Shown: one piece after another, positions 17,966-26,070 of the stretch | Position numbering within the stretch: position 1 is the first letter of the stretch | Layout: the number at the start of each line of letters is the position of its first letter | Origin: an uncultured Eubacteriales bacterium | GTDB lineage: Bacteria; Bacillota; Clostridia; UBA1381; UMGS1253 | Assembly (NCBI GenBank): GCA_902492065.1 | Contig: CABUKE010000004.1 | Location: 43,621 to 107,620, forward strand | Reading direction: 5' to 3' | Length of the DNA: 64,000 nt | Notes under the pieces: model-generated | Seen by the model: the letters and a program-made list of their open reading frames with translations, nothing else | What the model was told of the DNA's origin: nothing | Database searches by the model: none | Program-made: the position numbers and the translations under genes

Positions 17966-20008
17966 TTGAAGAAATATTGGAAGAGCTTTGGCTTTTATGC
18001 GGTCTTGCTCATTGTGCTGACGCTGTTTGCGTATATGCTGCTTGGCTCGCAGCCCACAGCCGTTGAGAAGGTCTATTCCGATTTGTTCCGCGAGATTGAG
18101 GCGGGACGTGTGACGGAGCTTACCATTGTGGATAACAAAGCGTATGCCAAGCTCTCGGAGCCGATAAAAATCACGGACACCAATGGAAAGGTCATTACAG
18201 ACAAGGTGACGGAGATTGAGGTGGATATCCCGAATATCCTTGTATTTGAACAGGATTTGGGCGATACAATCCGTGCGCAGGTGCGGGACGGCAAGCTCAA
18301 ATATAACACAGAAGCGCCGGCGAGTCAGCCCTGGTGGCTGTCGCTTCTGCCGATTCTTGGCACGGTCGGCCTTCTGGTATTCATCTACATTTTCTTTATG
18401 CAGCAGTCGCAGGGCGGCGGAAAGGCGATGTCGTTCGGCAAGAGCAAGGCGAAGATGAATGTAGACACGAATAAGAAGAAGGTGCTGTTTTCCGACGTCG
18501 CGGGCGCGGATGAGGAAAAGGCGGAACTCGAAGAAATCGTTGAATTTTTAAAATATCCGAAAAAGTTTATCGACTTGGGTGCGCGGATTCCGCGCGGCGT
18601 CCTGCTCGTCGGCCCTCCGGGAACGGGTAAGACGCTGCTTGCAAAGGCTGTATCCGGTGAGGCGGGCGTGCCGTTCTTCAGCATCAGCGGTTCCGACTTT
18701 GTGGAGATGTTTGTCGGCGTCGGCGCGTCACGTGTGCGCGATTTGTTCGAGCAGGCAAAGAAGAACAGCCCCTGTATCGTATTCATTGACGAGATTGACG
18801 CGGTCGGCCGCCAGCGCGGCGCCGGACTCGGCGGTGGGCACGATGAACGCGAGCAGACGCTCAACCAGCTTTTGGTCGAGATGGACGGCTTCGGAGAAAA
18901 TGCAGGGGTCATTATCCTTGCGGCGACAAACCGCCCGGACATTTTAGACCCTGCGCTTCTGCGCCCGGGCCGTTTTGACCGGCAGGTTGTGGTCGGCGTG
19001 CCGGATGTATTGGGCCGCGAGGCGATTTTGAAGGTGCATTCAAAAGGGAAGCCGCTTGGCGACGATGTGGACCTGAGCGTTATAGCGAAGACGACGGCAG
19101 GCTTTACAGGCGCAGACCTGGAAAACCTGATGAATGAGGCGGCGCTTTTGGCCGCACGGGAGAATAAACACAAGATTCACCGTCAGCATTTAGAGGATGC
19201 GATGATGAAGGTGGTTGTCGGCACGGAGAAGAAATCGCGCAAGATTACGCCGCATGAGAATAAGTTGACGGCGTTCCACGAAGCGGGCCACGCAGTAATT
19301 ACACGACTTCTGCCGTCGCAGGACAAGGTGCATGAGGTTTCCATTATTCCGCGTGGTATGGCGGGCGGCTATACGATGCACCTTCCGACAGAGGATAAAT
19401 GGTACCGCTCCAAAATGGAAATGATTGACGAGATTGTTGTTCTGCTAGGCGGCCGTGTTGCTGAGGCGGTTGCGCTCGACGATATCAGCACCGGTGCGTC
19501 GAACGACATTGAGCGTGCAACCGAGATTGCACGGAAGATGGTGATGCAGTACGGCATGAGCGAGCGGCTTGGGCCGATTAGCTACGGCGGCTCGTCGCAC
19601 GAAGTGTTTATCGGCAAGGATTTGGCGCAGTCGAAAAACTACAGTGAAGAGGTTGCGGCAGAAATTGACGAGGAAATCAAGAATATTGTACGTACCTGCT
19701 ATAACCGGTGCGAAAAGCTCCTGCGTGAGAATTTTGAGCGGCTGACCCGCGTGGCCAACGCACTGATTGAGCGGGAGAAAATCAGCGGTGAAGAGTTTGA
19801 AAAGCTGTTCTTGGGCGAACCGCTGGAGGAAAAGCCAAAGGCGGATGAGGTGGATACGCCTGCGGCACAGCCGACGGAGTTCCGTCCCGCGGTTTCAGAT
19901 AAAAAAGAAAGCCAGCCCGCTGCCAAAGAACATGAGGAGCGGCAAGAGGAAACAAAACCCATAGAAGAGACAAAGAAACCAGAGCACAAAGAGGAGGAAG
20001 AAAAATGA
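17966..20008 (+). CDS. ftsH: ATP-dependent zinc metalloprotease FtsH
   Basis: Walker A GPPGTGKT, the SRH region, the HEAGH zinc site and a Glu/Lys-rich tail. The start is probably TTG 17966, 9 nt after the SD agaggag. The tracked ORF starts upstream at 17906. Confidence 0.95.
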   Translation: MKKYWKSFGFYAVLLIVLTLFAYMLLGSQPTAVEKVYSDLFREIEAGRVTELTIVDNKAYAKLSEPIKITDTNGKVITDKVTEIEVDIPNILVFEQDLGDTIRAQVRDGKLKYNTEAPASQPWWLSLLPILGTVGLLVFIYIFFMQQSQGGGKAMSFGKSKAKMNVDTNKKKVLFSDVAGADEEKAELEEIVEFLKYPKKFIDLGARIPRGVLLVGPPGTGKTLLAKAVSGEAGVPFFSISGSDFVEMFVGVGASRVRDLFEQAKKNSPCIVFIDEIDAVGRQRGAGLGGGHDEREQTLNQLLVEMDGFGENAGVIILAATNRPDILDPALLRPGRFDRQVVVGVPDVLGREAILKVHSKGKPLGDDVDLSVIAKTTAGFTGADLENLMNEAALLAARENKHKIHRQHLEDAMMKVVVGTEKKSRKITPHENKLTAFHEAGHAVITRLLPSQDKVHEVSIIPRGMAGGYTMHLPTEDKWYRSKMEMIDEIVVLLGGRVAEAVALDDISTGASNDIERATEIARKMVMQYGMSERLGPISYGGSSHEVFIGKDLAQSKNYSEEVAAEIDEEIKNIVRTCYNRCEKLLRENFERLTRVANALIEREKISGEEFEKLFLGEPLEEKPKADEVDTPAAQPTEFRPAVSDKKESQPAAKEHEERQEETKPIEETKKPEHKEEEEK

Positions 20009-20205
20009 AAGTAACAAAAGATATGATTATTGCAGATGTTTTAAAGCTCGACCCGTCGACGGCGAAGTTTTTCTTAGAGATTGGGATGCATTGTCTCGGC
20101 TGCCCGTCGGCGAGCGGGGAGTCGATTGAGGAAGCTTGCGCAGTCCACGCGACAGATGCGGATGCGCTGGTAGCGAGCATTAACGAATATCTGGAGAATA
20201 AATAA
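20005..20205 (+). CDS. DUF1858-type small redox-disulfide domain protein
   Basis: 66 aa with [18 protein letters not shown], the pattern of the hybrid-cluster-protein-associated DUF1858 domain. The family name is recalled, not searched. ATGA overlap with the ftsH stop. Confidence 0.6.
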   Translation: MKVTKDMIIADVLKLDPSTAKFFLEIGMHCLGCPSASGESIEEACAVHATDADALVASINEYLENK

Positions 20206-20320
20206 AAATCAAATGGGTGACAGCTTTGCGCAGGCGTAGGGGCCTGCGCATTTGCGCCTTTACGGCAGTTGTCGGGCGCGCAGTGTGGGAAGCTGTGTGC
20301 TGTTTGTTGGGGGAATTGGT

Positions 20321-21610
20321 ATGAGTGCTTATTTTAAACGCATGGGAACGCGGCTGGGGGCGCTGTTCTCGGGTGGGGTATTGCTGCGTGAGCAAAAACT
20401 GTTTTTGGCAGCAGTTTCCCTGTTTTTTGCCGCGGCAGGATTAGCGGGTATCTTTATCAATACGTATCTCTATTCCTGCGCCTATACGAGCGGCGAACTG
20501 GTTTCGGGAATCAAGAGCGTAGCCTATTACAATCTTTGCCTGTACGCGTCGATGGCGGTCTTTTCCGTTGTGATTGGTATTACGGGCAAGGCGATTTCGT
20601 CGCGTGTTTTGATGGTTGCGGGGCTGTGCCTTTATGCGCTTGTATTTGCTCTGCTCCTGCTTTTGGGGAAGGCATGTATCAATTATATTTGGGCGCTGGG
20701 CTTTTTAAATGGGATGGGGACGGCGCTGTTCCAGTTTAATTACGGAGATGCGGTCACCTTTGCCACCAGCGGGAACAACCGGGACTACTATCTCTCAATA
20801 CAGGGTGGTATTAATGCACTTTCGGCTGTACTTGCACCGCTGATTGCCGGCGTACTGGTCGATTTGGTTGGCGGCATTCGGGGATACACGGTTTTGTTTT
20901 CCGTGGTACTCGCTGTTTTGGCCGCATGCCTTGTATGCTGCCTGTGTCTGACGTACAGCGACGGAAACCGGACGAATACGCATTTTGGAAATGTATTTGT
21001 CTATTCTCTGCGGGACAAAAGTATGCGGTACGCCTCCTTGGGAGAGCTTGTAAGCGGCTTTCGGGAGGGCGTAATGGCGTTTCTGGTGCCGGTTTTACTG
21101 TTTGTACTGAGCTTTTCCAACAGCATTGTAGGGCTGTACGCATTTTTGCTTGGCGCGCTCCAGCTTTCCTGCTCCAGATGTGCGGAAGGACGGGTTAACG
21201 GCCGCAACCGTGCGCTTGTCATTCTTTTGTCGTGCCTGCTCAACGCGGGGATTGGGTTTGTTTTTCTCTCCGGCGTGGGCTATGTGCCGATTTTTTCCTA
21301 CGGAGTCGTAACGGCATGTGTGCAGAGCTTTTTTGCCGCAGCGACGTTTTTTATCTTTTATGACGCGGCGTATAAAATCCCTAACAGTCATTATAAAAAT
21401 CTTGAAATCCTGACTGTGCGGGAACTGTACCGGAATGCGGGGCGTGCAGTTGGTATCTTTGCGCTCCTTCTTGTACCGCAGGAAACGAAATATATGGTAT
21501 ATGCTATAATCGGGCTGGGGATAAGCCAGCTTATTGCATGGGGGTTGTTTGCGTGCGCTGGGCTTCAGCTTCGGAAAAAGGAGCGCCGCACGCGCAGCAA
21601 GGCGGCCTGA
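20321..21610 (+). CDS. MFS-like polytopic transporter
   Basis: About 12 predicted TM segments. I trimmed the start to ATG 20321 after the SD tggggga. Substrate unknown. Confidence 0.65.
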   Translation: MSAYFKRMGTRLGALFSGGVLLREQKLFLAAVSLFFAAAGLAGIFINTYLYSCAYTSGELVSGIKSVAYYNLCLYASMAVFSVVIGITGKAISSRVLMVAGLCLYALVFALLLLLGKACINYIWALGFLNGMGTALFQFNYGDAVTFATSGNNRDYYLSIQGGINALSAVLAPLIAGVLVDLVGGIRGYTVLFSVVLAVLAACLVCCLCLTYSDGNRTNTHFGNVFVYSLRDKSMRYASLGELVSGFREGVMAFLVPVLLFVLSFSNSIVGLYAFLLGALQLSCSRCAEGRVNGRNRALVILLSCLLNAGIGFVFLSGVGYVPIFSYGVVTACVQSFFAAATFFIFYDAAYKIPNSHYKNLEILTVRELYRNAGRAVGIFALLLVPQETKYMVYAIIGLGISQLIAWGLFACAGLQLRKKERRTRSKAA

Positions 21611-21624
21611 GAGGAGAGTAACTT

Positions 21625-22758
21625 ATGTTTATTATCAAAAATGCTGCCGTACTAAACGGTAACTTTAAATTTATACAGGCGGATGTCGAAGTCGACGGCG
21701 CTCTGATTCGCCGGATTGCACCGCATATTGATGGTGCACCCGTACTGGACGCGAATGGGGCATACCTGTTGCCCGGGCTGGTCAATATTCATACGCACGG
21801 CGCAGTCGGCTATGATACGACGAGCTGTGACTATGACGGCCTGAATGCTATGAGTAAATACTGGGCCTCGACGGGAACGACTGCGTTTTTGCCAACGACG
21901 ACAACGGCACTCTACGACGATACGCTCCGCGCGATGGAAACCATTGCGGCTGCTGTGGAACGCGGCGTAGACGGTGCAGAGATTCTTGGAATCAATATGG
22001 AAGGGCCGTATCTGTCGGAGCGGTATAAGGGCGCCCATCGTCCGGACTGGCTCCGCAGCGTACGGGAGTTTGACTTTGATGCAATGCAGCGCGCGGCCGG
22101 CGGCCGAATCAAGCTCACGACAGTTGCACCGGAAACGGACGGTGCGCTTGCATTTATCGAATCCTGTGACAGTACGGTTCACGTGTCACTCGGGCATACC
22201 GGCGCGGACTATGAAACCTGCATGGCGGCATTTCAGGCCGGCGCGACGCAGGTCACGCACCTGTTTAACGCTATGCCGCCGCTGCACCACCGTAGCAAAA
22301 GCCTGATTGCCGCCGCGTTTGAGAGCGGCGCTATGGTGGAGTTGATTGGCGATGGACTGCATGTCAGCCCAACGATGGCGAAGATGGCCTACGCGATGTT
22401 TGGATCGGACAAAATTATTCTTATCAACGACAGTATGAATGCAGCAGGACTGCGCGAGGGCGAGTACGAGTTCTGCGGGATGCATGTGACGGTACAGGGC
22501 GGCGTTGCCCGGCAGGAGGACGGTACGATCTGCGGCGGGATTGCACCGCTGTTTGAATGTGTCAAGAATATGGCGGCGTGGGGCGTGCCGCTGGAGGAAG
22601 CGGTTAAAATGGCTTCCTATAATCCCGCGTGTGCGGTGGAAGCACAGGCTCGGGTCGGCAGTATTGCGCCTGGAAAGGATGCGGATTTGCTGCTTGTGTC
22701 GAAGGAGCTTGAATTGCAGCAGGTCTTTGTAAAGGGAAAAGCCTTCAAGAATGAGTAG
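21625..22758 (+). CDS. nagA: N-acetylglucosamine-6-phosphate deacetylase
   Basis: Amidohydrolase fold with NIHTHG, EGPYLS and HLFNAM motifs characteristic of NagA. Confidence 0.85.
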   Translation: MFIIKNAAVLNGNFKFIQADVEVDGALIRRIAPHIDGAPVLDANGAYLLPGLVNIHTHGAVGYDTTSCDYDGLNAMSKYWASTGTTAFLPTTTTALYDDTLRAMETIAAAVERGVDGAEILGINMEGPYLSERYKGAHRPDWLRSVREFDFDAMQRAAGGRIKLTTVAPETDGALAFIESCDSTVHVSLGHTGADYETCMAAFQAGATQVTHLFNAMPPLHHRSKSLIAAAFESGAMVELIGDGLHVSPTMAKMAYAMFGSDKIILINDSMNAAGLREGEYEFCGMHVTVQGGVARQEDGTICGGIAPLFECVKNMAAWGVPLEEAVKMASYNPACAVEAQARVGSIAPGKDADLLLVSKELELQQVFVKGKAFKNE

Positions 22759-22784
22759 ACAATACATGGAAAATGTGTTATACT
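22756..22784 (+). promoter_or_regulatory. candidate promoter TAGACA-17-TATACT (TGn extended)
   Basis: Motif match read directly, 40 nt upstream of the 22825 ORF. Confidence 0.45.
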
Positions 22785-22824
22785 AATAGAAAGGTTTTGG
22801 GACGGCTGTGGAAAGGAGGCTGCT

Positions 22825-23124
22825 ATGGCGGAAAAGAAAGTGAAGAGCAAGCTGTTGATGTACAAGGGGAAACCGCTTGTACGGCAGGGAAATGTTATTT
22901 TTTACGGGAATCCGGGGGATAAATATATCGTATCATTTGTACTGGACAATTTTGAAAAGGTGGGCGATACGGACGTTGCCGGCCATGTTGTAATCCAGCT
23001 TCAGCAGAATGACACATATTTGAACCCCAAAAACAAGATGATTAAAAAGGCGGAACGCGAGGACCTCTGGTCAGCGATTGACATTGGTGCATTTTGGTTA
23101 GAAGATGCGCTGGCGCAGGGATGA
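22825..23124 (+). CDS. hypothetical 99-aa protein
   Basis: SD aaaggagg, its own candidate promoter and a strong terminator. I recognise no motif. Confidence 0.6.
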   Translation: MAEKKVKSKLLMYKGKPLVRQGNVIFYGNPGDKYIVSFVLDNFEKVGDTDVAGHVVIQLQQNDTYLNPKNKMIKKAEREDLWSAIDIGAFWLEDALAQG

Positions 23125-23140
23125 AACAGAGAATAAAAAC

Positions 23141-23178
23141 GTGTGTGGAATAACGGTTCCACACACGTTTTTTTGTTT
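23141..23178. terminator. bidirectional rho-independent terminator
   Basis: gtgtgtgga...tccacacac stem with an A-run before and tttttttg after. It sits between convergent genes. Confidence 0.7.
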
Positions 23179-23189
23179 TTGTTCACCGC

Positions 23190-24572
23190 TTAGTGTACGG
23201 CGCTGCTGATATAGCCCTTTTGCACATTATAGCTGATAGGCTGTGACTCAAATGTGAAATTTTGGCACAGCCTTGCCCGTGCTTCCGGGTATGCATCGAG
23301 ATATTTTACAAACTGGTATACGCTTTCGCCGCCCTGCGCCTTTGTAATGCGGCTGAAGGGACGGAGCGTGTTGTCGTCGTAGCCTTTAATCAGACCGTAT
23401 CCTTCCATGTTCTTAACAGCCTGTACTGCCCATTGCGGAATGTCGTTCACATCGGCAAAGTCCAGTGTAATGTCGCTCTCATACTCCGGATTGATTGCGT
23501 TGTTAATCATGACAAAGGCTTCGATTCTCGTAAGCGGATTGTCTGCTCCAAAGTAGATTTGGTCGCCCTCTGCGATACCGTTAATGATTCCGGCCTCCAT
23601 TGCACGGTAGGCGGGCTCGATTAAATAGTTCGGCATTTGGTCCTCGTCGGCAAAACGCACGCTTCCCGTGTATTCCGGAAGGCTGTCAAGCCCGACTGCT
23701 GACGTAAGCAGCAGAACAAAGTCGCCGCGCGTGAGCTGTTTTTCCGGATAATAGTAGTAGTTGTTTCCAATCTTTTCTCCAATGGTGATGTTACGCTCGA
23801 CCAACATAGCCGCAGAATATGCAGCCCAATGCGTGCCGAGGTCAGCATAATGGAACAGCTCCGGTTCCTCTGGGGTGTCCTCAATGGTGACGGTGACGGT
23901 TCCGGGATCGGACTCGTGCGGGGAGAGGACAAGTTTAAAGGTAAAGGTATCCTCTCCGGTCTGGTCGGTAAACGGCGTATAGGTAAACGCACCCGTTTGG
24001 ACGTCCGTTACCTCAACTTTGCCCTTTGTCGGTTCATCAACAATCATAAATTCCGGTTGCTGGGGCGTTTCAGAATCTGAATGGCCAACCAGCGTCGAAG
24101 ACACCGGCTTATTTTTCTGTGTTGTAATGCTGAGGTCTTCCACCGTCAGCGTACCGGTGGCTGCTTCTGTCATTGTGATGGTAATGGTTGCAGACTCCGA
24201 GTATTGCTCTCCGACCTTTGCCTGGTATTGGAATGTGGTTGAATAGGTCTGGTCGGATTCCGGTGTATAGAGCAGTTCTCCTGCGTTTTCAATGGGAATT
24301 TCCTGGTTTTCTGTTGCGGGGCTGCTCTGAAATGTGAGACTTCCCCGGTCAGGCAGGCTTATCAGTTTGATTGTTGTTACGTCGCCGCTATCCGAGGTGA
24401 CGTTCGTCTTAAAGTCCTCCTGCGTAAAGTATATGGCGCTGTTTTGTGTTTCTGTCTTTGTGAAATCGTTTGCAACGGGCTGTGTTTCCGCCGCTACGTA
24501 GACAAAAGATGCACAAAACAACACGCAGACCAACACACAGAAGCGTTTAAAGTCTTTTTTTGCCGTGTTCAT
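23190..24572 (-). CDS. secreted protein with Ig/cadherin-like repeats and C-terminal SLH-like repeats
   Basis: The signal peptide is followed by Thr/Glu-rich beta repeats (TFTFKLVLSPHESDPGTVTVTIED). The C-terminal half has SLH-like segments (YADLGTHWAAYSAAMLV, FADEDQMPNYLIEPAYRAMEAGIINGI, FADVNDIPQWAVQAVKNMEGYGLIKGY). Confidence 0.75.
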   Translation of the reverse strand: MNTAKKDFKRFCVLVCVLFCASFVYVAAETQPVANDFTKTETQNSAIYFTQEDFKTNVTSDSGDVTTIKLISLPDRGSLTFQSSPATENQEIPIENAGELLYTPESDQTYSTTFQYQAKVGEQYSESATITITMTEAATGTLTVEDLSITTQKNKPVSSTLVGHSDSETPQQPEFMIVDEPTKGKVEVTDVQTGAFTYTPFTDQTGEDTFTFKLVLSPHESDPGTVTVTIEDTPEEPELFHYADLGTHWAAYSAAMLVERNITIGEKIGNNYYYYPEKQLTRGDFVLLLTSAVGLDSLPEYTGSVRFADEDQMPNYLIEPAYRAMEAGIINGIAEGDQIYFGADNPLTRIEAFVMINNAINPEYESDITLDFADVNDIPQWAVQAVKNMEGYGLIKGYDDNTLRPFSRITKAQGGESVYQFVKYLDAYPEARARLCQNFTFESQPISYNVQKGYISSAVH

Positions 24573-24691
24573 CTTTGCTCCTCCTTTTTTGTTTCGCTGT
24601 TGCTAAAAAATAAAATGTTTGGTCGTTTTTATTGTCTGTCCAGATAAAAATTTAATACGAGAATAAAATTTGTTTTTTTGGCGTAATTTTC

Positions 24692-24774
24692 CGTTACATA
24701 CCGGTTACAAATATGTTATCTTTTCTGTTACGATTTGAAAAAACAGAAACAAGGCCAGATGTTACAAATGTTAC
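24692..24774. promoter_or_regulatory. array of six same-orientation GTTA(C/T) hexamer repeats (candidate response-regulator site)
   Basis: cGTTAC 24692, gGTTAC 24703, TGTTAT 24714, TGTTAC 24726, TGTTAC 24760, TGTTAC 24769. The first four are spaced 11, 11 and 12 bp apart. Confidence 0.5.
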
Positions 24775-25014
24775 AATTTTAATTTGAAATTTAATAAATC
24801 TAATCCATAAAAAAGAAAAATTACGGGGAAACACGTAGCCGGACAGGGAAAAACTTTCTAAAAAAACATGAGGACATGTCTTAATAAAACCTTAATTTGA
24901 CGCGGTTTTTGACAATATGCGCGCTGCTTCGCCCGCAGCGCGGCAGGTAAGGAAATAGTATATGCGTAAATTTTAAAATTTATTACGAAATATTAAAAAA
25001 GTTATTAAAAAGGT

Positions 25015-25043
25015 TTGACAAATACAAAATTTTATAGTAGAAT
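25015..25043 (+). promoter_or_regulatory. sigma-A-type promoter TTGACA-17-TAGAAT
   Basis: TTGACA 25015-25020, 17-nt spacer, TAGAAT 25038-25043, about 44 nt upstream of the NlpC/P60 start. Confidence 0.6.
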
Positions 25044-25086
25044 AGAAAACGTGGTGAAAAAGTTAGGGATTTTTGGAGGTTGTAGT

Positions 25087-25977
25087 ATGAAGGTGATACA
25101 TAAGATGATCGCGGCGTTTGCATCGGCTGCGGCGGTATCTTTGACGGCATTCGGCGTTGCTGCTTTTGCGCAGGACGGCGTGGTAAATGCAAGTGTATTG
25201 AATGTACGGGATTATCCGTCTTATGACAGTTCTGTGATTGGAACGTTGCCGAATAACCTTGTAGTAAACGTGATTGAGCAGGGCGACGGCTGGTTTACAA
25301 TTGATTATAACGGCGCTCCGGCGTATGTGGCAAGTGAATATGTTGACATTGCCGTGCCGAAGAATATAACACCAAAGATTCTCCTTGATACGCCGATTTA
25401 TGGCAAAACGAATGCAGAGGGCGTATATATCCGGAATGGCGCACAATTTGATTGCTCGATTGTTGACGCTGTGCCGAAAGGCACGAAGTACATCATCTAT
25501 GGTGAGGAAAACGGCTTCTTTATCGTCAATATTGACGGGGTAGAGCGGTTTATCTGCACCGAGTATCTGAGCGGTATTACAGAGGAAGAGTATTATTATG
25601 AGCCGACGGGTGCGCAGCAGGTTGTAGATGTTGCGATGCAGTATATTGGCACGCCGTATGCTTACGGTGGTTCCAGCCCGAGCGGGTTTGACTGTTCCGG
25701 TTTTACCTCGTATGTATACCGTCAGTTGGGCGTTTCGCTTAACCGTACGGCGGCAGGGCAGACGGGAAATGGTTATGAAGTAAGCAAGAGTGAGCTTCTG
25801 CCTGGTGACCTTGTAATGTTTGGGCCGTACAGCGGCGGCGGAATTGGCCATGTTGGAATTTATGTTGGAGATGGCAATATGGTTCATTCTCCGCAGCCGG
25901 GGAAAACGGTTTGCGTTGAGTCGATTAATTCTAACTATTATGCGTCCCGGTATGTGACCGCAAGAAGAATTTTCTAA
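25087..25977 (+). CDS. SH3b-SH3b-NlpC/P60 (C40) cell-wall endopeptidase
   Basis: SD ggaggt. Signal peptide MKVIHKMIAAFASAAAVSLTAFGVAAFA. Two SH3b-like segments are present. The catalytic motifs are DCSGFTSYVY and GHVGIYVGDGNMVHSP. Confidence 0.9.
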   Translation: MKVIHKMIAAFASAAAVSLTAFGVAAFAQDGVVNASVLNVRDYPSYDSSVIGTLPNNLVVNVIEQGDGWFTIDYNGAPAYVASEYVDIAVPKNITPKILLDTPIYGKTNAEGVYIRNGAQFDCSIVDAVPKGTKYIIYGEENGFFIVNIDGVERFICTEYLSGITEEEYYYEPTGAQQVVDVAMQYIGTPYAYGGSSPSGFDCSGFTSYVYRQLGVSLNRTAAGQTGNGYEVSKSELLPGDLVMFGPYSGGGIGHVGIYVGDGNMVHSPQPGKTVCVESINSNYYASRYVTARRIF

Positions 25978-26001
25978 AAGTAAATAAACAGCATTTATTT
26001 G

Positions 26002-26033
26002 ACAGACGCCAAATTTGGCGTCTGTTTGTTTGT
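26002..26033 (+). terminator. rho-independent terminator
   Basis: acagacgcc-aaattt-ggcgtctgt followed by ttgtttgt. It lies inside the tracked comEC ORF's 5' extension. Confidence 0.7.
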
Positions 26034-26070
26034 ATATGAAAAATATGGACAGATAGGAATATTGGCATCT

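Noticed and set aside
24918-24944. An isolated GC-rich hairpin (cgcgctgc ttcgccc gcagcgcg) inside the AT-rich intergenic region.
   Set aside because: It has no U-run, no second copy in the window and no adjacent ORF. It could be a structural or REP-like element, but there is too little evidence to call it anything.
24780-25086. A possible c-di-AMP (ydaO-type) riboswitch upstream of the NlpC/P60 hydrolase.
   Set aside because: The consensus promoter at 25015-25043 leaves only about a 40-nt 5' UTR. I could not find the conserved ydaO helices or ACGGGGA-type cores in the region.
25999-26070. The 5' extension of the comEC ORF (TTG start at 25999).
   Set aside because: It consists of the terminator hairpin of the preceding NlpC/P60 gene. 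ATG 26071 begins the hydrophobic ComEC N-terminus.
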